Shown here piece after piece: positions 55,125-63,269 of a stretch of DNA of 64,000 bases. Source of the DNA: Eubacteriales bacterium (GTDB taxonomy: Bacteria > Bacillota > Clostridia > Oscillospirales > JAAYXM01). The stretch's first letter is position 1. Each line of letters opens with the position of its first letter. The position numbers were made by a program, and so were the translations under genes. The stretch lies in assembly GCA_045636865.1 (NCBI GenBank), contig JAZTYJ010000019.1:475-64474 (forward strand), in the 5' to 3' direction. The notes under the pieces were generated by a model. That model saw nothing but the letters and a program-made list of their open reading frames with translations. It was not told the DNA's origin and ran no database searches.

Positions 55125-56219
55125 ATGAAATTAGGTATAGTAGGACTTCCGAATGTCGGAAAGAGTACACTTTTTAACGCAATTACAAACGCGGGGGCGG
55201 AGGCTGCAAACTATCCGTTCTGCACAATTGAGCCGAACGTCGGAACGGTTGCAGTTCCTGATGCGAGAGTTGACGCACTCTCAAAGCTTTATAATACGGA
55301 AAAGACAACTTATGCAACTGTTGAGTTCGTTGACATTGCAGGGCTTGTTAAGGGTGCGGCATCGGGAGAAGGTCTCGGAAATAAGTTTCTTTCTCACATC
55401 CGCGCGGTTGATGCGATTGTTCACGTTGTTCGCTGCTTTGCAGATGACAACATCGTTCACGTCGAGGGAGGAATTGACCCCATCCGCGACGTTGACACCA
55501 TAAACTACGAGCTCATTCTTTCCGATATCGAAATGCTCGAGCGTCGTCTTGACAAGACGAGAAAAGCGGCAAAGGGAGATAAGGGACTTCTCAAGGAGGT
55601 TGAGCTTTTGGAAAAGCTTTCTGCTCACCTCGGTGAAGGAAAGTGCGCAAGAGGCTTTGAGGCAGATGACGAAGAGGCGGCAATTATCAGCACGGTTGAG
55701 CTTCTTACCGCAAAGCCGGTTATATATGCGGCCAATATGTCGGAAGACGACTTTGTTTCGGGTATTGATTCAAACGAGTATTATCTCAAGTTAAAGGCGT
55801 TTGCGGAGGCTGAAGGCTCGCAGATAATTCCGATTTGTGCAAAGCTCGAAGAAGAGATTTTAGAGCTTGCAGAGGATGAAAGAGAGATGTTCCTTTCAGA
55901 GCTTGGGCTTACGCAGTCAGGTCTTGACCGTATGATTCAGGTCTGTTATTCTCTCCTCGGTCTTATTTCGTATCTCACCGCAGGTACTCCCGAGGTTCGT
56001 GCGTGGACAATTACAAAGGGAACAAAAGCTCCTCAGGCGGCAGGCAAGATACATACCGACTTTGAACGCGGATTTATCCGTGCGGAAGTCATAAGATATG
56101 ACGACCTTATGGAGTGCGGCTCAACTGCTGTCGCAAGAGACCGCGGCCTTATGCGAAGCGAAGGAAAAGAATATGTTGTCGAAGATGGCGATGTAATTCT
56201 TTTCAGATTCAACGTTTAA
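55125..56219 (+). CDS. ychF: Ribosome-binding ATPase YchF
   Basis: 364 aa. GIVGLPNVGKSTLFNA, DIAGLVKGAS and a C-terminal TGS-like domain. Confidence 0.95.
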   Translation: MKLGIVGLPNVGKSTLFNAITNAGAEAANYPFCTIEPNVGTVAVPDARVDALSKLYNTEKTTYATVEFVDIAGLVKGAASGEGLGNKFLSHIRAVDAIVHVVRCFADDNIVHVEGGIDPIRDVDTINYELILSDIEMLERRLDKTRKAAKGDKGLLKEVELLEKLSAHLGEGKCARGFEADDEEAAIISTVELLTAKPVIYAANMSEDDFVSGIDSNEYYLKLKAFAEAEGSQIIPICAKLEEEILELAEDEREMFLSELGLTQSGLDRMIQVCYSLLGLISYLTAGTPEVRAWTITKGTKAPQAAGKIHTDFERGFIRAEVIRYDDLMECGSTAVARDRGLMRSEGKEYVVEDGDVILFRFNV

Positions 56220-56230
56220 TGTGAATACGA

Positions 56231-56270
56231 AAAGCACCTTCGGGCTAAAATAAGCTCGGAGGTGCTTTTG
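56231..56270 (+). terminator. ychF terminator
   Basis: AAAGCACCTTCGGGCT pairs with AGCTCGGAGGTGCTTT (long stem with G-U pairs), followed by TGTTTT. Confidence 0.7.
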
Positions 56271-56272
56271 TT

Positions 56273-57037
56273 TTGAGTAAATATTCAGGATTTTTAAGTA
56301 AAGTCGCAAAAAGCGGATTTTACATAATCCTCTTCCTCTGCATTTCTGCAATAGGAATTTCGGGTTATGTGATGTATGTCGCGCGCGATGCGGCAAAGGA
56401 TGTCAGGGAGGAAATTGAGACGCAGGGGGTTCTTGAGATTCCTTTCCCCGATTATGACGAACCGGACTTTGATACGGGTGAGGTCTTATCGGACATTGAG
56501 AATAAAACGGACTACGATACCGAAGAGACAATGTCAGAGCAGATAAAACAAAAGGAAGAGGCTGAAAAAGAGCCTGTAAGTAAAAAGGAGACTCCGCAAC
56601 CCGTTGAGAAAAAACAGGAGGCAGTTTATACCGTTGCCCTTGGCGGAGCAATAACGACTCCGTTTTCGGGAGAGGAGCTCATAAAGAGCAAAACGATGGA
56701 CGACTGGCGCATCCATCAGGGTGTTGATATAAAAGGTGAGCTCGGTGCCGAAGTGAGAGCGATTTGTGACGGCGAAGTGTCGGAAGTGAAGAGGGATGAA
56801 ATGCTCGGGTGCGTTGTTAAACTCACGCATAAGGGCGGAATTTGCAGCATATATGCAAATCTTTCAGAGGACATTCCCGTTGCGAAGGGCGATGTGATAA
56901 AGGGGGGCGACGTTGTCGGAAAAGTGGGCAACAGTGCGCTTTCCGAGTGTCTTGACGAGCCGCATCTGCATCTTGAGGTGACGGAAAACGGAAAGCATAT
57001 TGACCCGCTCTCACTCTTCCCGGCGGGAGAGGATTAA
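56273..57037 (+). CDS. Membrane-anchored M23 (LytM-domain) peptidase, possibly SpoIIQ-like
   Basis: 254 aa. TTG is the only in-frame start upstream of the TM segment GFYIILFLCISAIGISGYVMYV. HQGVDI and HLHLEV zinc-site motifs. Confidence 0.8.
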   Translation: MSKYSGFLSKVAKSGFYIILFLCISAIGISGYVMYVARDAAKDVREEIETQGVLEIPFPDYDEPDFDTGEVLSDIENKTDYDTEETMSEQIKQKEEAEKEPVSKKETPQPVEKKQEAVYTVALGGAITTPFSGEELIKSKTMDDWRIHQGVDIKGELGAEVRAICDGEVSEVKRDEMLGCVVKLTHKGGICSIYANLSEDIPVAKGDVIKGGDVVGKVGNSALSECLDEPHLHLEVTENGKHIDPLSLFPAGED

Positions 57038-57047
57038 GAAATAAAAG

Positions 57048-57091
57048 TTGTCAAAATCTTGTCAAAAATTAATTAAAAATTGTGCTATAAT
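57048..57091 (+). promoter_or_regulatory. Candidate late promoter: tandem TTGTCAAAA repeats plus an extended -10
   Basis: TTGTCAAAA at 57048 and 57059. TGC-TATAAT at 57083-57091. Confidence 0.5.
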
Positions 57092-57103
57092 ACAGATAAT
57101 ACG

Positions 57104-57137
57104 AAAAGCGTACACATTTAGTTGTGTGCGCTTTTTT
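57104..57137 (+). terminator. Intrinsic terminator between the late promoter and terS
   Basis: AAAA, GCGTACACA (57108-57116), loop TTTAGT, TGTGTGCGC (57123-57131), T6. Confidence 0.65.
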
Positions 57138-57159
57138 GTATTCGAAAGGAGGTGAGACA

Positions 57160-57435
57160 ATGGCAAAAAGGCGAACTTCAATAAAGAGAGAACTTCAAAA
57201 AATTGTGCGCAGAAGACTCTCTGATGAGGAGCTTTCGGAAAAAGGAATACCGATTTTCGGTAGGAAAAGCGCAAGCGTTATTGAGGCGCTCGCGCTGGCT
57301 CAGGTGAAAAAGGGACTTGAGGGTGATCTGAAGGCTGCGATGTTTATTGAAGAGCTTCTTGGCACGGCAGAGGATGACGGTGCGCAGTCATACGATGTTG
57401 TTGTCAGAGTTGTCGGCGGGCAGAATGGAAATTAG
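57160..57435 (+). CDS. Putative phage terminase small subunit
   Basis: ORF 57124..57435. ATG 57160 follows AAGGAGGTG. 91 aa with a basic N-terminus (MAKRRTSIKRELQKIVRRR). Its position directly upstream of terL, overlapping it, supports the call. Confidence 0.5.
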   Translation: MAKRRTSIKRELQKIVRRRLSDEELSEKGIPIFGRKSASVIEALALAQVKKGLEGDLKAAMFIEELLGTAEDDGAQSYDVVVRVVGGQNGN

Positions 57436-58735
57436 TATCACAAAACGTCAGAGCGACTTTATAAATGCTACGGCAGGCGAGGTGCTTTTCGGCGGCGCGG
57501 CAGGCGGAGGAAAATCCTACGGTCAGCTTGTTGACGCGCTTCTGTTTGCGCTTAAGTATCCGAAATCAAAGCAGCTCATATTGAGACGGACTCTTCCTGA
57601 GCTTGAAAAATCACTTGTAAGGTGTGCGCTTGAAATTTATCCGAGGGATATTTTTACTTACAAGTCAGCAAAGCACGAGGGAATTTTCAAAAACGGCTCA
57701 ATTATTGATTTCGGGTATTGCGATACCGAGAACGACGTTTACAGGTATCAGTCTGCAGAGTATGACGTGATCCGTTTTGACGAACTGACTCATTTTACGG
57801 AGCAGATGTACGTTTATCTGATTTCGAGAGTGCGAGGTGCGAATTCGTATCCGAAGCAGATAAAAAGTTCAACGAATCCGGGTGGTATCGGACATTCGTG
57901 GGTGAAGTCAAGATTCATAGACATAGGGAGCCCTGATAAGGAACATCTCGGAAGAATTTTCATTCCGTCAAAGGTGCGGGACAATTCTTTCCTGATGAAA
58001 AAGGATCCGGGGTACATAAAACGCCTTGAGAAACTGTCGGGAAAGGATAAGGAGGCGCTTCTTTACGGAAACTGGGATATCTTTGAAGGACAATACTTCA
58101 CCGAATGGCGACGAGAGATTCACGTGATTGAGCCGTTTGAAATTCCGAAGGAGTGGCGGAGATATTTCGTTATGGACTATGGGCTTGATATGCTCGCGGG
58201 GTATTGGATTGCGCTTGATACAAACGGAAGGGCGTATGTTTACCGTGAGGTGTATCAGAGCGGGCTCATAATTTCTGCTGCGGCAAAGAGGATACTTGAG
58301 GTTTCGGATGAAAAGGTCTACGCATCCCTCGCGCCTCCGGATCTGTGGAACAGACGTCAGGATACGGGAAAGAGTGCGGCAGAGATTTTTGCAGAAAACG
58401 GCATAAAGCTCATTGCGGCGAAAAATGATCGCGTACAGGGGTGGTATAACCTTAAAGAATGGCTCTCACCCTATGTCGATGAGACGGGGTATATGTGCGC
58501 TTCCCTGCGGATTTTTTCAAGCTGCAAAAATCTTATAAGGACTCTTCCTGCGCTTTCGATATCATCCCAAAATCCCAATGATGCGTCAACCACTCCGCAT
58601 GAGCTTACTCACGCTCCGGATGCGATACGCTATTTTGTCGCAGGGAGACCGGCACCTGCGATGAGACAGCGCGAAGAAGAAAGTATTACGCCGGAATTTG
58701 AAAGGCAGGTTGAAGACCTGCTTGAATTTAACTGA
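57425..58735 (+). CDS. Phage terminase large subunit
   Basis: ORF 57347..58735, start placed at ATG 57425. Walker A FGGAAGGGKS, Walker B YDVIRFDELTHF, a coupling motif SSTNPGG and a C-terminal nuclease half. Confidence 0.9.
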   Translation: MEISITKRQSDFINATAGEVLFGGAAGGGKSYGQLVDALLFALKYPKSKQLILRRTLPELEKSLVRCALEIYPRDIFTYKSAKHEGIFKNGSIIDFGYCDTENDVYRYQSAEYDVIRFDELTHFTEQMYVYLISRVRGANSYPKQIKSSTNPGGIGHSWVKSRFIDIGSPDKEHLGRIFIPSKVRDNSFLMKKDPGYIKRLEKLSGKDKEALLYGNWDIFEGQYFTEWRREIHVIEPFEIPKEWRRYFVMDYGLDMLAGYWIALDTNGRAYVYREVYQSGLIISAAAKRILEVSDEKVYASLAPPDLWNRRQDTGKSAAEIFAENGIKLIAAKNDRVQGWYNLKEWLSPYVDETGYMCASLRIFSSCKNLIRTLPALSISSQNPNDASTTPHELTHAPDAIRYFVAGRPAPAMRQREEESITPEFERQVEDLLEFN

Positions 58736-58746
58736 GGAGATTATAT

Positions 58747-60081
58747 ATGAATAAAGAGAATTTAAAGATAACAAGTTATAAAAGCTCGATTTCAGAGCTG
58801 CCTGATTATCCGTCTGATAAAGGGTATAGCGCAAGACAGCTTAAAGAGCTCTTTGACGCGCGAAGCGATGGTGAAATCAAGGAAAAGCATAATGCGCTTG
58901 TCGATGCCTTTGCGGAAGCCGAAGACAAGTCGTCAAAGCATATTGAAAATCGTGATAACCCGCATAGCATTACAAAGGCGCAGATAGGACTCTCAAACGT
59001 TGATAACACATCTGACATGGATAAGCCGATAAGCAATTCGGCGAAGGCTTTGTTTGATGAACTTTCAGAACGCATAGAAGGAGTTGACGAGTTTCGGAAA
59101 CATTGTGGAAAAAATGATAATCCGCATGGTGTTACAAAAGAACAGTTAGGTCTTTCGAATGTTGACAATACTTCCGATGCGGATAAGCCGATGAGCGAAA
59201 AAACCCGCAGATACATAGACGAGTTGAATTGGAAAAATGCCCCGAAAAACAAGCTTGATTATGCAGAGGAGCATAATATCCGCGATTGTACAGACGGCGT
59301 CTTTGCGGAAATCAGCCTCGTCGGTAAAAGTGTGCAGAATGCATTGCCGGGTGTCTCAAACAATGTTGAATTTGAGAGTGTTGAAAATCCGACAATCACA
59401 CTCAGATCTACACCATCTGCTGTTGAAAAGAAAGAGGTAACATTTCAGGGGATCACTTTGCATGGCATTATGAATTTCGGTGATGTGTGGATTTGTCGCG
59501 ATGAAATTAATATGTCAGACGGACGGGTAAAGCTGATTCGCCGATGCGGCATAATTGAGGACGCGAGCACTCTCGGTTGGGTCGCAGGCGATAAAACGGG
59601 TGTGTATTACGCAGAGCTTGATGTATTCTATATGGGTGACGGCGTTGGATCATTCGGATATTGTACATCATATCGTTACGGCTTTGCCGACACTCAAAAT
59701 ACATTCAACGCCGGAAGTAATCAGATTTCGGCAGGCGGAAAAAGCTATATTGTGTTCAATACAGATGTCGAGACACTTGATCAGTTTAAAAGATCCATGG
59801 AGAATCAAAAGATATTGTACGCTTTGGAAAATCCGACGGAAACAGATTTGACGGAAACCGAAGCAGGTAGGGCTTTGTGCGCGCTGCGTACGAAATATCC
59901 TGAAATTTATATTGCTTCAAATACCGATTTGAGCATTACCTATGCGTGTGATATTCGCACTTTTTTGGAGGATATGAAGAAAACGACCTCGGATTTGGGT
60001 GCATGCACAAATATGCTGTCGGGCGATATGGAGTTTTTGCGCGAGAGAATCGACATAATCGAATCAAGGATATTTATGTGA
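58747..60081 (+). CDS. Phage tail-fibre-like protein with duplicated NPH..TK.Q.GLSNVDNTSD.DKP.S motif
   Basis: 444 aa. The motif occurs twice (aa 71-96 and 125-150). This motif is common near the N-termini of phage tail fibres (from memory). Confidence 0.55.
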   Translation: MNKENLKITSYKSSISELPDYPSDKGYSARQLKELFDARSDGEIKEKHNALVDAFAEAEDKSSKHIENRDNPHSITKAQIGLSNVDNTSDMDKPISNSAKALFDELSERIEGVDEFRKHCGKNDNPHGVTKEQLGLSNVDNTSDADKPMSEKTRRYIDELNWKNAPKNKLDYAEEHNIRDCTDGVFAEISLVGKSVQNALPGVSNNVEFESVENPTITLRSTPSAVEKKEVTFQGITLHGIMNFGDVWICRDEINMSDGRVKLIRRCGIIEDASTLGWVAGDKTGVYYAELDVFYMGDGVGSFGYCTSYRYGFADTQNTFNAGSNQISAGGKSYIVFNTDVETLDQFKRSMENQKILYALENPTETDLTETEAGRALCALRTKYPEIYIASNTDLSITYACDIRTFLEDMKKTTSDLGACTNMLSGDMEFLRERIDIIESRIFM

Positions 60082-60087
60082 TGAGAG

Positions 60088-62223
60088 GTGGAAAAGGTGG
60101 CTAAGAAGAATCAAAATCAAAACGCGGTTTATGCGAAAAAATACACAAGTTTTCTTGGTGTTGATTTTTCAAAGGATGCCTCGATGGTAGACGACAGGCG
60201 AAGTCCTGATGCGCAGAACGTGATTTCTGATCTTGACGGACTTCCCGAGAAGAGAGTCGGTTGGCGCGTCCTTGAAAACTTTGAGGGCAGAATAAACGGG
60301 ATTTTCAGCTTCGTTACAGAAGAAGCCCGGTGTACGATTGTTCACGCCGGAGATAAAATTTTTAAGCTCCGCGACGGTGAGCGAGAGGAACTGTATTCGG
60401 GATGTGCCGACAACATCTCATGCGGAAAGCTCTTCAAAGGAAAACTCTATATCCTGACGGGAAGCGAGTATCTCGTTTTTGACGGCGAAAAGTGTGTGCG
60501 TGCAGAGGAATATGACGAAATGTATGCTCCGATAACGCAGATTAACGGTGCGCGAATTCCTATATGTGAAGACGGTGACATAATTAATGAGTATCATAAT
60601 AGTGACTTCAGAAAATGGATTAAAGAAGGCGTTTTGCCGGATGTAAACAACCCTATAATCCCCGATGAAGTTGAGCTCAATCTCATCTCGGGGAGAAGAA
60701 GAAACACCTTTGAGAGTACCGGACATTATAACGCGTTCATTCTTGACAGCAAAATAGATCCGGGAAGTCGCGTGGTTATGAAAAATATTTCCACAGGAGA
60801 AGTTATCTTTGATATTGTTTTTTCGGATAAAGAGCAGCTTCAGGATGATTACTATTCGGTTTATGAAAACGTGGAAGACGAAAATTTGTATACCAGTTAT
60901 GAAGGTGCACTGGTCAAAATTGAAGGCTACATCAATAAAGATGCGATGCTTCCAATTGAAGAAAAAATATATTCGGTTGAGTATCTTTATATTGGAAACT
61001 CTGAAAGAAATAACTGCGGATTTGTTGCGTGTCGTCCGCGCAGTGTAAAAAGTGCGAGTGATGGAATTGATGAAATTTCGGTAGAATACACACATAAAAT
61101 AGATGGCTATACAGAGAGAATAGACAAATGCCGTTTTATGGACGTGTTTGAAAATCGTGTCTTTTTCTCCGGTAACCCTGACTATCCGAATGTTGAATGG
61201 GCATCTGGAGTGAATGACCCCCTTTTTGTGCCCGACATAAATTACACGGAGATAGGTCTTGATTCAAGTCGGATAATGGGTTATCTCCGTGTAGGTGCCG
61301 AACAGGCAATAATCAAGAGCGACGGCGACGGTTCAACTACATATATGCGCTCATACCAGAGTCTGTCGGATGGAGAGGTTATCTTTCCGATAAAACAAGG
61401 AATAAGCGGACTTGGAGCGATATCGTCACGTGCGATGACAACATTTCTTGATGACCCTGTTTATCTTACGCGAAACGGAGTTTATGCAATCGCGCAACAG
61501 GATATTTCGAGCGAACGTGCGCTGTGTATGCGCTCAACCCGAGTAAACGGCAAATTGCTATTTGAGAAAAATCTCGAAAACGCCGTGATGTGTGAGTGGG
61601 ATGGATATCTGATTCTTTGCGTAAACGGGAAATGTTTCGTCGCGGATGCTTCTAAAAAGTCGTATTCGGGAAACAAGACGTCAACATTTGAATATGAATG
61701 GTATTTCTGGACGAATATTCCTGCGCGCGTTCTTTGTGAAAGCAAAGGGACTCTTTTCTTTGGTACGGATGACGGACGTCTTTGTTGTTTCAATAGCGAT
61801 ATGAAAAACGAAAGAGGCGAAATTTTATCATCTGCATATACAGATAATGGAAATGCCATCTGTGCGATATGGTCAACCCCGCTCTCGGATGACGGGGACT
61901 TTACGTGTCTTAAAACGATGCTTAAAAAAGGCTCGGGAGTTTTTCTTAAGTCGTATAACAGGTCGGGAGTTTCCGTAGCGATAAAAACCGATTCGGAAGA
62001 TGTAGGTGAAATTACAGAGAAAAACGCGGGAATATTCAATTTTGAGGACCTTGACTTTGAAAATTTCACCTTCAATACATCGTCGTATACGGTGGTACCG
62101 TTCAACAGAAAGGTTAAAAAGTACAAAGCGATACAGATAGTTTGCAAAAACGACAAACCAAACCACGCCTTTGGAATAGGCGGAATAATAAGAAAATATT
62201 TTTATGCAAAAACAGACAAATAG
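60088..62223 (+). CDS. Large phage structural-type protein (711 aa), function unknown
   Basis: Long ORF, co-oriented and tightly packed with its neighbours. No motif recognised. Confidence 0.6.
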   Translation: MEKVAKKNQNQNAVYAKKYTSFLGVDFSKDASMVDDRRSPDAQNVISDLDGLPEKRVGWRVLENFEGRINGIFSFVTEEARCTIVHAGDKIFKLRDGEREELYSGCADNISCGKLFKGKLYILTGSEYLVFDGEKCVRAEEYDEMYAPITQINGARIPICEDGDIINEYHNSDFRKWIKEGVLPDVNNPIIPDEVELNLISGRRRNTFESTGHYNAFILDSKIDPGSRVVMKNISTGEVIFDIVFSDKEQLQDDYYSVYENVEDENLYTSYEGALVKIEGYINKDAMLPIEEKIYSVEYLYIGNSERNNCGFVACRPRSVKSASDGIDEISVEYTHKIDGYTERIDKCRFMDVFENRVFFSGNPDYPNVEWASGVNDPLFVPDINYTEIGLDSSRIMGYLRVGAEQAIIKSDGDGSTTYMRSYQSLSDGEVIFPIKQGISGLGAISSRAMTTFLDDPVYLTRNGVYAIAQQDISSERALCMRSTRVNGKLLFEKNLENAVMCEWDGYLILCVNGKCFVADASKKSYSGNKTSTFEYEWYFWTNIPARVLCESKGTLFFGTDDGRLCCFNSDMKNERGEILSSAYTDNGNAICAIWSTPLSDDGDFTCLKTMLKKGSGVFLKSYNRSGVSVAIKTDSEDVGEITEKNAGIFNFEDLDFENFTFNTSSYTVVPFNRKVKKYKAIQIVCKNDKPNHAFGIGGIIRKYFYAKTDK

Positions 62224-62240
62224 AAAGGATGAATAAAATT

Positions 62241-63065
62241 ATGGCAACAACACAGGTAACTTATCAGGATCCGTACGGAAAATCGGCAACAGGATGGATA
62301 ATCGACGGAAAAACATTTAAAGATTCACAAGGAAAAGAACGAATAGACATCGGCTCTGTTGTACCCACCGCCGGCGGAACGTATGTCTACACAGGCGAAG
62401 GCGGAGTAAAAACTCCCGGAAGTATGGTGAGCGATATCAGCAGGGAGTATCAAAAACTTGGGATAGGTCTCAAAGACGGATATGACGCAAAGGTGCAGGC
62501 AATAGACCTTGCAACACAGAACAGAGGTCAGCAAATCGAGAGACAGAAGCAGTTGGCAAATCAGAGATACATTGATGCAAACAGAAGTGCGTATAATGCG
62601 TATATAGCGGCATCAAACCCATACGGTGCGGCAGGTGAGCAACTTGCAAAGCTCGGCCTTGCAAATTCCGGCTACGCAGAAAGCTCAAAGCTGAAGCTTG
62701 CAAGCGCCTATCAGCAGGCACTTTCTGAAAATGAAAGACAGAAAAATGATTATTTAAATGAGCTTGAAGCGGCGTATATTGATGCAAAGTATCAGGGTGA
62801 TATCGAAAAGGCAAACGCCCTTGCGGATTACCACAACCTTGTTTATAATCACGGAATTGATACGGCAGAAGCAATTATGAATATGCAGCTTCGCGCGTAT
62901 GATTCGGGAAATGCAAGAAATAAGGAAATATGGGACCGCCAGAATGCCGCTGCCGAGCGCGAGCGTGATGATTATTACAAGAAGTGGCAGATGGCATACA
63001 ATCTTAAAAAAAGCGGTCTCACCACGGCTGAAATCGAAGCTGTTATGGCGAATATAGGGTGGTAA
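62241..63065 (+). CDS. Phage protein, Gln/Ala-rich helical (274 aa), function unknown
   Basis: ORF 62142..63065. ATG 62241 follows AAAGGA and the upstream stop (62221-62223). Confidence 0.55.
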   Translation: MATTQVTYQDPYGKSATGWIIDGKTFKDSQGKERIDIGSVVPTAGGTYVYTGEGGVKTPGSMVSDISREYQKLGIGLKDGYDAKVQAIDLATQNRGQQIERQKQLANQRYIDANRSAYNAYIAASNPYGAAGEQLAKLGLANSGYAESSKLKLASAYQQALSENERQKNDYLNELEAAYIDAKYQGDIEKANALADYHNLVYNHGIDTAEAIMNMQLRAYDSGNARNKEIWDRQNAAAERERDDYYKKWQMAYNLKKSGLTTAEIEAVMANIGW

Positions 63066-63068
63066 GCT

Positions 63069-63269
63069 ATGGTCTGGAATCTTATATTTATGTTTTTTGG
63101 CGCGCTTATCTTCGGCGCCGGAATGCTCTTTGAGAGAGATTCGCTTTTTGTGCCGGAGGAAGAAAAGGAAGATGCAGAAGAAAACATCCCCGAGGGTGTG
63201 TTAAGACAATGGGAAAACCTTCTCGGATATGACGGAAATGAACAGGAGGAATACGATGAGAATATCTAA
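63069..63269 (+). CDS. Small phage membrane protein with acidic tail (66 aa)
   Basis: One TM segment (LIFMFFGALIFGAGMLF), then an E/D-rich tail. Overlaps the portal start. Confidence 0.45.
   Translation: MVWNLIFMFFGALIFGAGMLFERDSLFVPEEEKEDAEENIPEGVLRQWENLLGYDGNEQEEYDENI

Noticed and set aside
26888-57100. Possibility that the region downstream of ssrA is a tmRNA-targeted genomic island or prophage.
   Set aside because: I looked for a second copy of the tmRNA 3' end (GGTTCGACTCCCCCCGCCTCCACCA or a partial version) and for an integrase, and found neither by eye. Apart from the IS200 copy, the downstream genes are ordinary metabolic and transport genes. A computed repeat search would be needed to be certain.
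60418-62166. Minus-strand ORFs of 225, 224 and 97 aa inside the 711-aa phage gene.
   Set aside because: All surrounding phage genes are plus-strand and tightly packed. These ORFs lack start signals and are Phe/Ile/Arg-rich antisense products.
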